A stretch of 64,000 nucleotides of DNA from Alphaproteobacteria bacterium (GTDB lineage Bacteria; Pseudomonadota; Alphaproteobacteria; SMXQ01), in assembly GCA_035714115.1 (NCBI GenBank), contig DASTMO010000078.1:42461-106460 (forward strand). Reading direction: 5' to 3'. The number at the start of each line of letters is the position of its first letter. Position 1 is the stretch's first letter. Both the position numbers and the translations under genes were made by a program. Shown piece after piece: positions 57,357 to 64,000 of the stretch. The notes below the pieces were generated by a model. It was not told where the DNA came from, searched no databases, and saw only the letters and a list, made by a program, of their open reading frames with translations.

Positions 57357-58544
57357 ATGAGCCGCGCGCCGCGCCGCACCGCCCGCAACAAGCGCCCGAA
57401 AAAGACCGGGGCGCCGGCCGCCACGCGCCTGATCCGCACCGCGCGCGAGGAGGATATTCCCGCCCTGTTGATGATCGAGCATCAGTCCTTCCCGACCGAC
57501 CGCATCTCGCAACGCTCTTTCCGCTACATGCTGACCAAGGGCAACGCCTGCACCCTGGTCGAGGCCGACCGTGCGAGCGGCGAGATCCGCGGCTACGCCA
57601 TGGTCTCCTTCAACCGCTCGACCTCGCTGGCGCGGCTCTATTCGATCGCGGTGGCGCCGCGCTGGCGCGCCAAGGGGGTCGGCCGCGCCCTGCTGCGCGC
57701 TGCCGAAGAGGCCGCGCGCGAGAAATCCGCCGCCTACATGCGCCTGGAAGTGCGCGCCGAAGACAAAGACACCCAGGCCTTCTATCGCAGCATGGGCTAC
57801 AAGCCCTTCGGCACCCACAGCCAGTATTATGACGACGATGCCGACGCCGTCCGCATGGACAAGATCATCGCGCCCGGCCTCGCCCCCAATGTCACCCGCG
57901 TGCCTTACTACCGCCAGCGCCTCGACTTCACCTGCGGCCCGGCGGCGGTGATGATGGCGATGCATGCGCTCGACCGCGACAGGCCGATGACGGCGATCGA
58001 GGAGCTCCGCATCTGGCGCGAGGCGACCACGATCTTCATGACCCAGGGCCATGGCGGCACCAGCGCGCAAGGCCTGGCCCTCGCGGCTTGGAAGCGCGGC
58101 TTCGATGTCGAGCTGCATACCAACGAGCGCGGCGTGCCCTTCGTCGAGAGCGTGCGCAGCGAGCTCAAGCGCGACGTGATCCGCGCGGTCCACCAGGACT
58201 TTCTCGACGAATTGGCGAAGACCAAAGTGCAGCTCGTGCCGCGCGCCCTGAGCTTCAAGCAGCTCCGCGAGAAGTTCGATGCCGGCGGCATCCCCATCGT
58301 GCTGGTCTCCTCCTACCAGTTCGACCGGCGCAAGGAACTGCATTGGGTTGTTGTGACCGGCTACGACGACACCTATGTTTACGTCCACGATCCTTTCGTC
58401 GACGTCGCCGAAGCCAAAAGCCAGACCGACCGCATGCATATTCCGGTCCCGCAACGCATTTTCGACCGCATGGCGCGCTACGGCTCGCGCCATCGCAAGG
58501 CCGCGCTGATCGTCAAGCCGCGCCGCAAGACGAGCGCGCCATGA
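57357..58544 (+). CDS. GNAT N-acetyltransferase fused to a C39-like papain-fold cysteine peptidase domain
   Basis: N-terminal GNAT (RLYSIAVAPRWRAKGVGRALL, motif A). C-terminal DFTCGPAAVMMAMHAL (catalytic Cys) and HWVVVTGYDD (His). Confidence 0.75.
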   Translation: MSRAPRRTARNKRPKKTGAPAATRLIRTAREEDIPALLMIEHQSFPTDRISQRSFRYMLTKGNACTLVEADRASGEIRGYAMVSFNRSTSLARLYSIAVAPRWRAKGVGRALLRAAEEAAREKSAAYMRLEVRAEDKDTQAFYRSMGYKPFGTHSQYYDDDADAVRMDKIIAPGLAPNVTRVPYYRQRLDFTCGPAAVMMAMHALDRDRPMTAIEELRIWREATTIFMTQGHGGTSAQGLALAAWKRGFDVELHTNERGVPFVESVRSELKRDVIRAVHQDFLDELAKTKVQLVPRALSFKQLREKFDAGGIPIVLVSSYQFDRRKELHWVVVTGYDDTYVYVHDPFVDVAEAKSQTDRMHIPVPQRIFDRMARYGSRHRKAALIVKPRRKTSAP

Positions 58545-60136
58545 CGCAGCACGTCATCGTCGTCGACCGCGAGGAAGACTTCAAATGGCCGGCGGAGAAC
58601 CGCCAGGTGCTGACGGCCAAGGAGTTCGTCGGCAACATCCGCGGCAAAGACGGCGGCAAGAAATTTCCCGCTTCGGCGCGCGTCATCAATCTCTGCCGCG
58701 ATTACAGCTACCTTTCGCTCGGCTATTACTCCTCGCTGCTCGCCGAAGCGCGCGGCCAGAAAGTGATTCCCTCCGTCGAGGTGCTGCTCGACCTCAATTG
58801 GAAGCGGCTCTATCAGAGCGATCTGCCGGAGCTGAACGACCTGCTGCGCAAGACCTTCTCCGGCAGCGACGAAGATCCGGTCGGCTTCACCCTGCATCTG
58901 TTCTTCGGCGCCGCCGACGACGTGCGGCTGCGCGAGCTGGCGCGGCGCATCTTCGACCTGTTCCGCGCGCCGATGCTGGCGGTGGATTTGCGCAACGGCA
59001 AGGAGGGCTGGGAGATCACGGCCATCCGGCCGATCTCGATCAAGGATCTGCCCGCCGGGCAGGAAGACGCTTTCGCCGTCGCGCTGGATCGCTATACACG
59101 CAGCGCCTGGCGGGCCGCCAAGCCGGACCAGCCGGCGGTCTATTCCATCGCCATCCTGCACAATCCGCAGGAGCGGCTACCGCCGTCGAACGAGCGCGCG
59201 CTGAAAAAATTCATCAAGATCGGCGAGCAGATGGGCGTCGAGATGGAGCTCATCACGCGCAAGGATTACAGCCGCCTGCCGGAATATGACGCGCTGTTCA
59301 TCCGCGAGACGACCGACCTCGACGACCACACCTATCGCTTCGCGCGCAAGGCCGAGGACGAAGGCATGCCGGTGATCGACAGCCCGCAGGCCATCCTCAA
59401 ATGCACCAACAAGATCTATCTCGCCGAGCTGCTCACCGCCAACGGCGTGCCGACGCCGCGCACGCTGACGCTGGATCGCCGCCAGCTCGATCGCGTCGAG
59501 GCCGAGTTCGGCTATCCGGTCGTCATCAAGATCCCCGACGGCTCCTTCTCGCGCGGCGTGCACAAGGTCGAGAACCGCGAGCAGCTCGAGGAGCTGGCCG
59601 GCAAGCTGTTCGAGGAATCTGACCTGATCCTCGCCCAGGAATTCATGCAGACCGAATACGACTGGCGCGTCGGCGTGCTCAACTACAAGCCGATCTTCGT
59701 CTGCCAGTACTTCATGGCCAAGGGCCATTGGCAGGTGCTGAAGTACCATAACGGCGGCCAGACCGATTACAGCGAGGGCGACGACCGCTCCTTCTCCGTC
59801 GAGGACGCCCCCCGCGAGATCGTCGATATCGCGGTGAAGGCCGCCAGCCTGATCGGCGATGGTTTGCACGGCATCGACATCAAGCAGACGGCAAACGGCG
59901 TCTATGTCATCGAGATCAACGACAACCCGAACATCGACGCCGGCGTCGAGGACGCGGTGCTGAAGGACGATCTCTATCGCCTGATCATTCGCGATTTCGT
60001 CCGCCGCATCGAAAAGCGCAACGCCGCCCTGCCTGCCGCCGCCCGCCATGTGACGCAAGCTCCGGCCCAAGCTCCCGCGCAGCCCGCCGCCGAAGAGGCC
60101 GAGCCAGCTCCCCCGGCGCGCAGCGCCGCATCCTAG
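58541..60136 (+). CDS. RimK-type ATP-grasp ligase with N-terminal RLAN (RimK-like ATP-grasp N-terminal) domain
   Basis: ATG 58541 overlapping the upstream stop. The C-terminal half has ATP-grasp motifs (VVIKIPDGSFSRGVHKV, DWRVGVLN, HGIDIKQTANGVYVIEINDNPN). The N-terminal ~230 aa (LCRDYSYLSLGYYSSLLAEARG) matches RLAN. Confidence 0.8.
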   Translation: MTQHVIVVDREEDFKWPAENRQVLTAKEFVGNIRGKDGGKKFPASARVINLCRDYSYLSLGYYSSLLAEARGQKVIPSVEVLLDLNWKRLYQSDLPELNDLLRKTFSGSDEDPVGFTLHLFFGAADDVRLRELARRIFDLFRAPMLAVDLRNGKEGWEITAIRPISIKDLPAGQEDAFAVALDRYTRSAWRAAKPDQPAVYSIAILHNPQERLPPSNERALKKFIKIGEQMGVEMELITRKDYSRLPEYDALFIRETTDLDDHTYRFARKAEDEGMPVIDSPQAILKCTNKIYLAELLTANGVPTPRTLTLDRRQLDRVEAEFGYPVVIKIPDGSFSRGVHKVENREQLEELAGKLFEESDLILAQEFMQTEYDWRVGVLNYKPIFVCQYFMAKGHWQVLKYHNGGQTDYSEGDDRSFSVEDAPREIVDIAVKAASLIGDGLHGIDIKQTANGVYVIEINDNPNIDAGVEDAVLKDDLYRLIIRDFVRRIEKRNAALPAAARHVTQAPAQAPAQPAAEEAEPAPPARSAAS

Positions 60137-60208
60137 GTCCACGCGCAGCGCCGCATCCTAGGTCCACGCGCAGCGCGGCCTCGTAACAGCTCTGGGTAAC
60201 AGCTCTGG
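60118..60208 (+). repeat. Tandem duplications at the 3' end of the RimK-like gene: 25-bp unit x2.5 (60118-60180) and 13-bp unit x2 (60183-60208)
   Basis: gcgcagcgccgcatcctaggtccac is repeated directly. The first copy contains the stop codon. gtaacagctctgg is repeated directly. Confidence 0.7.
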
Positions 60209-60268
60209 CCGTTGGCGATGCAGCGGGAGCGTTGTATCCTCGACGAAACCCCAAATTGAGGCTCGCCC

Positions 60269-61270
60269 ATGCTCGCCGCGCTCCGCAACAGCTTCCTTCT
60301 GGCCCTCGCCGGTCTCGTCGCCTTTGCCAATACGGCAGACGCTCAACAGAAAGTCAGCTTCGGCACCGACTGGCGCGCGCAGGCCGAGCACGGCGGCTTC
60401 TATCAGGCCGTCGCCAAAGGCTTTTATGCCGCGCGCGGCCTCGACGTCTCGCTGCGTCAGGGCGGCCCGCAGATCAACCACGCGCAATTGCTCGCCGCCG
60501 GCCGCGTCGACTTCAGCCTGTCGTCGAACAGCTTCATCGCGCTCAATTACACGCGCGAGCGCATCCCGATGGTCACCGTCGCCGCGCTGTTCCAGAAGGA
60601 TCCGGCGGTGCTGATCGCCCATCCCGGCCAGGGCAACGACACGCTCGAGCAACTGCGCGGCAAGCCGATCTTCATCGGCAGCGACACCCGCGTCGGCTCG
60701 TGGAATTTCCTGCGCGCCCGCTTCGACTACGACAACGCGCAGATCCGCCCTTACACCTTCAGCATCGCGCCCTTCCTCGCCAACAAGGCGACGATCCAGC
60801 AGGGCTATCTCGGCAGCGAGCCGTTCCTGATGGAGCAACAAGGCGTCAAGCCGGTGGTGATGCTGCTCGCCGATGCCGGCTATTCGAGCTACGGCGCGTT
60901 GATCTCGACTTCGATGAAAATGGTCCATGAAAAGCCGCAGATCGTGCAGGCTTTCGTCGATGCCAGCATCGAGGGCTGGTACGACTATCTCTATGGTGAC
61001 CCGGCGCCGGCGAACGCGCTCATCAAGAAGGACAACCCGGAGATGACCGACGACTTGCTCGCTTACGGGCGCGGCAAGATGATCGAATACGGCATCCTCG
61101 ATTCGGGCGACGCGGCCGAGCTGGGCATCGGCGCCATGAGCAACGCGCGCTGGAAGGGCTTCTTCGACATGATGGTGGGCGAAGGGCTCTATCCCAAGGA
61201 GATGGACGTCACCGAGGGCTATGACCTGCAATTCGTCAACAAGCGCGTCGGCGTCCAGTTGAAGAAGTAG
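60269..61270 (+). CDS. ABC transporter substrate-binding protein, NMT1/THI5-like (nitrate/sulfonate/taurine family)
   Basis: 333 aa with a signal peptide (ANTADAQ). Fold family resemblance. Confidence 0.75.
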   Translation: MLAALRNSFLLALAGLVAFANTADAQQKVSFGTDWRAQAEHGGFYQAVAKGFYAARGLDVSLRQGGPQINHAQLLAAGRVDFSLSSNSFIALNYTRERIPMVTVAALFQKDPAVLIAHPGQGNDTLEQLRGKPIFIGSDTRVGSWNFLRARFDYDNAQIRPYTFSIAPFLANKATIQQGYLGSEPFLMEQQGVKPVVMLLADAGYSSYGALISTSMKMVHEKPQIVQAFVDASIEGWYDYLYGDPAPANALIKKDNPEMTDDLLAYGRGKMIEYGILDSGDAAELGIGAMSNARWKGFFDMMVGEGLYPKEMDVTEGYDLQFVNKRVGVQLKK

Positions 61271-61277
61271 GAACCGC

Positions 61278-62045
61278 ATGACGGGCGAGGCTCCACCGCC
61301 CCTGTTGAACCTGCGGGGCGTCACGCATCTCTACGGCACCGGATTGCTGGCGCTCGACGGCGTCGACCTGACGGTGCCGCATGGCGATTTCCTGTCCCTG
61401 CTCGGCCCGTCGGGCTGCGGCAAATCGACGCTGCTGCGCCTGATCGCCGGATTGCTCGCGCCGGCCCGCGGCGCCGTCGATTGGCCGAGCGGCAAGCCCG
61501 CCCCCGGCGATATCGGCTTCGTCTTTCAGGAACCGACGCTGATGCCCTGGGCCAGCGTGACCGACAATGTGCGCCTGCCGCTCAAGCTGACCAAGCGCAG
61601 AGAAAATCCCGCCGAGGTCGCCGCCGCGCTCGACCTGGTCGGCCTCGCCGATTTCGCGGCGGCTTTCCCCAATGAGCTCTCCGGCGGCATGAAGATGCGC
61701 GTCTCGCTGGCGCGCGCCTTGGTGACGCGGCCGAAACTGCTGCTGCTCGATGAGCCGTTCGCCGCCCTCGACGAGATCACGCGCTTCAGGCTCAACGACG
61801 ATTTGCTGCGCATCTGGCGCGAGCGCCAATGCACGGTGATCTTCGTCACCCACAGCGTGTTCGAAGCGGCGTTCCTGTCGCAGCGCGTCGCCGTCATGTC
61901 GGCCAGGCCGGGCCGCATCGCCGCCCTTGAACCGATCTCCTTGCCGGCCCTGCGCGTGCCCGACCTGCGCACCGACGCCGCCTATGGCACGATCTGCCGC
62001 CGTCTCTCCGATCTGCTGGCTGATGCGATGCGGGAGCCGGCATGA
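61278..62045 (+). CDS. ABC transporter ATP-binding protein (NitT/TauT family)
   Basis: GPSGCGKST, LSGGMKMRVSLARAL, LLLLDEPF. Confidence 0.85.
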   Translation: MTGEAPPPLLNLRGVTHLYGTGLLALDGVDLTVPHGDFLSLLGPSGCGKSTLLRLIAGLLAPARGAVDWPSGKPAPGDIGFVFQEPTLMPWASVTDNVRLPLKLTKRRENPAEVAAALDLVGLADFAAAFPNELSGGMKMRVSLARALVTRPKLLLLDEPFAALDEITRFRLNDDLLRIWRERQCTVIFVTHSVFEAAFLSQRVAVMSARPGRIAALEPISLPALRVPDLRTDAAYGTICRRLSDLLADAMREPA

Positions 62046-62818
62046 AAGCCTTCATCGACCGCCTCGCGCCTTACATCCTCGGGCTCATCGCCCTGGCGCT
62101 CTGGGAAGGCTTGACGCGGCTAAATGCCGTGCCGGTCTATGTGCTGCCCGGCCCGCTGCTGATCGCCAAGACCCTGTGGCAGGACGGCGCGAGCCTGCTC
62201 GGCTCGCTTTGGTTCACATTGAAGATCACCGCCCTGGCGCTCGCCGCCGCGACGCTCGGCGGCGTCCTGCTCGCCGTCGTCATGGCGCAGTCGCGCATCC
62301 TCGAGCGCAGCCTTCTGCCCTATGCCGTGATCGCCCAAGTGACGCCGGTGGTCGCCATCGCGCCGCTCATCATCATCTGGGCCGACAACACGACCCTCGC
62401 GCTGGTCATCTGCGCCTGGATCGTCGCCTTCTTCCCGATCACGGCCGCGACCATGACGGGGCTGAACGCCGCCGACCATAATCTGCGCGATCTTTTCCGC
62501 ATCTACGGCGCGAGCCGCTGGCAAAGCTTGCGCCTGCTGCGCGCGCCGGCCGCGCTGCCCTACTTCCTCACCGGCTTGCGCGTCTCGGGCGGACTGTCGC
62601 TGGTCGGCGCGGTGGTCGCCGAATTCGTCGCCGGAACCGGCGGCGCGGAGACAGGCCTGGCCTTCCGCATCCTCGAATCGGGCTATCGGCTGCAGATCCC
62701 GCGCCTGTTCGCGGCGCTGACTTTGCTCGCCGCCGCCGGCATCGTCATCTATCTGGCGCTCGATCTTCTGTCGAAGCTGCTGCTGCGTCGCTGGCACGAG
62801 ACGCATCAGCGCCACTAG
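62042..62818 (+). CDS. ABC transporter permease (NitT/TauT family)
   Basis: 258 aa, six TM helices. 4-bp overlap with the ATPase gene. Confidence 0.8.
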   Translation: MKAFIDRLAPYILGLIALALWEGLTRLNAVPVYVLPGPLLIAKTLWQDGASLLGSLWFTLKITALALAAATLGGVLLAVVMAQSRILERSLLPYAVIAQVTPVVAIAPLIIIWADNTTLALVICAWIVAFFPITAATMTGLNAADHNLRDLFRIYGASRWQSLRLLRAPAALPYFLTGLRVSGGLSLVGAVVAEFVAGTGGAETGLAFRILESGYRLQIPRLFAALTLLAAAGIVIYLALDLLSKLLLRRWHETHQRH

Positions 62819-63989
62819 CGCTCTCCTGCGAACGCGCATCGAGCGTGACCACGGCCGGCGAGGTTTCCGACATCGCCGTGAAGGCTCCCTTCTCTTCCGC
62901 TGGGGCCGGCGAGCGCTGGCCCATGCGATAGACGACGAAGCTCAGCATCGCGGCATGGATAACCGCCGTATAGAGGAACAGGCCCGAGGGGCCAATGGCG
63001 CTCATGGCCGTCGAGGCCAGGATCGGCCCGATCGCCGAGCCGATGCCGTTGGCGAGCAGCAGCCCGCTCGAAGCCTCGACGAACTCGTCTTTCGCCATCA
63101 TGTCGTTGGCATGGGCGACGCAGAGCGCGTAGATCGGAAACGCCGTTGCGCCGAATGCCACCGTGAGCAGGAAGATGGTGCGCGGCCAGACCGCACCGAC
63201 GATGGCCAGCGCGATGCCGGCGACGAGCGCCAGGCCGCAGGCCAGCGCGATCACCTGGCGGCGGTCGCGGCTGTCCGACAGGCGGCCGAACGGCCATTGC
63301 GCCAGCGCGCCACCGAGCACGGTCAGGCCCATGAAAGTGGCGAGGCTCGTCAGATCGAGGCCGCGCCCAGTGGCATAGAGCGGCGCCAGCGACCAAAAGG
63401 CGCCGTTGGCGAGGCCGACGACAGCGCAGCCGACGACCCCGACCGGCGAGAGCGCATAGAGATGCTTGGGCCGTAATCGCACAGCCGCAAGCGGCGCGGG
63501 CGTCGGCGAGCGGGTCAGCGCCACCGGCACGGCGGCGAGCGACACCAGGATCGAGGCCAGGGCGAACAGCGGAAATGCCGCCGGATCGTAAAGCGTGATC
63601 ATGAACTGGCCGACGGTGATGACCGTCAGATTGATGAAGGTATAAATGCCGAAGATGGTGCCGCGCGTCGCGTTGGTCGCGCGCTCGTTGAGCCAGCTCT
63701 CGATGACGAGATAAAGCCCGGCGAAGCAAAAGCCGGTGAGCGCGCGCAGCGGCCACCAGACGATCGGCGAGAGGAACAGGATATGCAGCAAGGCCACGGT
63801 GGCCGCCACCGCCACCATGGCGGTGAAGGCGCGGACATGACCCACCGCGCGCACGGCATGGGGGCAAAAAATACAGCCGAGCGCGAAGCCGATGTAATAG
63901 GCCGAGCCCATGACGCCGATGCTGAGCGTCGAGAAAGCCTCGATCTCGGCGCGGATCGGCAGCAGCGTCGATTGCAGGCCGTTGCCCAT
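62745..63989 (-). CDS. MFS transporter, start uncertain or beyond the window edge
   Basis: About 12 TM helices. The ORF is open to the window end. First in-window ATG is at 63987-63989. The C-terminal end overlaps the convergent ABC permease by 74 bp. Confidence 0.6.
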   Translation of the reverse strand: MGNGLQSTLLPIRAEIEAFSTLSIGVMGSAYYIGFALGCIFCPHAVRAVGHVRAFTAMVAVAATVALLHILFLSPIVWWPLRALTGFCFAGLYLVIESWLNERATNATRGTIFGIYTFINLTVITVGQFMITLYDPAAFPLFALASILVSLAAVPVALTRSPTPAPLAAVRLRPKHLYALSPVGVVGCAVVGLANGAFWSLAPLYATGRGLDLTSLATFMGLTVLGGALAQWPFGRLSDSRDRRQVIALACGLALVAGIALAIVGAVWPRTIFLLTVAFGATAFPIYALCVAHANDMMAKDEFVEASSGLLLANGIGSAIGPILASTAMSAIGPSGLFLYTAVIHAAMLSFVVYRMGQRSPAPAEEKGAFTAMSETSPAVVTLDARSQESASGADASRASDAAAASTEDRAPDR

Positions 63990-64000
63990 CAGCAGCAAGG

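Noticed and set aside
58088-60136. 682-aa ORF for the RimK-like gene
   Set aside because: The first ~150 codons are an Arg/Pro-rich read-through overlapping the GNAT-peptidase gene. The start is assigned to ATG 58541, which overlaps the upstream stop.
1-64000. CRISPR arrays, tRNA/rRNA genes, transposases, integrases, prophage or toxin-antitoxin modules
   Set aside because: I scanned for regular short direct repeats with spacers, tRNA-like cloverleaf-length GC-poor gaps, and IS/phage hallmark proteins. None were found. The only repeats are the REP-like hairpins and the short tandem duplications reported above.

Overview
GC-rich (roughly 65-70%) chromosomal segment with alphaproteobacterial (Hyphomicrobiales-like) gene content, densely coding (~70 genes) on both strands. 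Most of it is housekeeping: argH-lysA, ftsEX, plsC, the cysA-sbp-cysT-cysW sulfate transporter, B12-dependent class II RNR nrdJ, tyrC-hisC-chorismate mutase, metXW, gloB-GST, the phaA-phaB-phaC/phaR PHB locus, a MHYT sensor kinase, and an omega-aminotransferase. No rRNA or tRNA genes, CRISPR arrays, transposases or integrases were seen. Two clusters look like systems worth experiments. (1) At the 5' edge, a four-gene cassette: circularly permuted ATP-grasp, alpha-E domain protein, transglutaminase-like protein and proteasome-type protease. This is an Iyer/Aravind-type predicted peptide-ligase/protease system with no known substrate. (2) At 52.1-60.1 kb, a six-gene translationally coupled operon: GT4, AsnB-like amidotransferase, SAM methyltransferase, GT4, a GNAT fused to a C39-like cysteine peptidase, and a RimK-type ATP-grasp with an RLAN N-domain. 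It appears to couple glycosylation to ATP-grasp amide ligation; the product is unknown. Other notable points: a phaC that appears split across reading frames and carries a histone-H1-like lysine-rich tail, also present on TyrC. A covarying double-hairpin REP-like element occurs twice between convergent genes. An AT-rich structured leader with a terminator hairpin lies immediately upstream of nrdJ. NrdJ has a His-rich insertion before its C-terminal Zn-ribbon. Several AT-rich islands with palindromes stand out in an otherwise GC-rich background. All protein calls rest on motif and family recognition by eye from the translations; no database searches were run.
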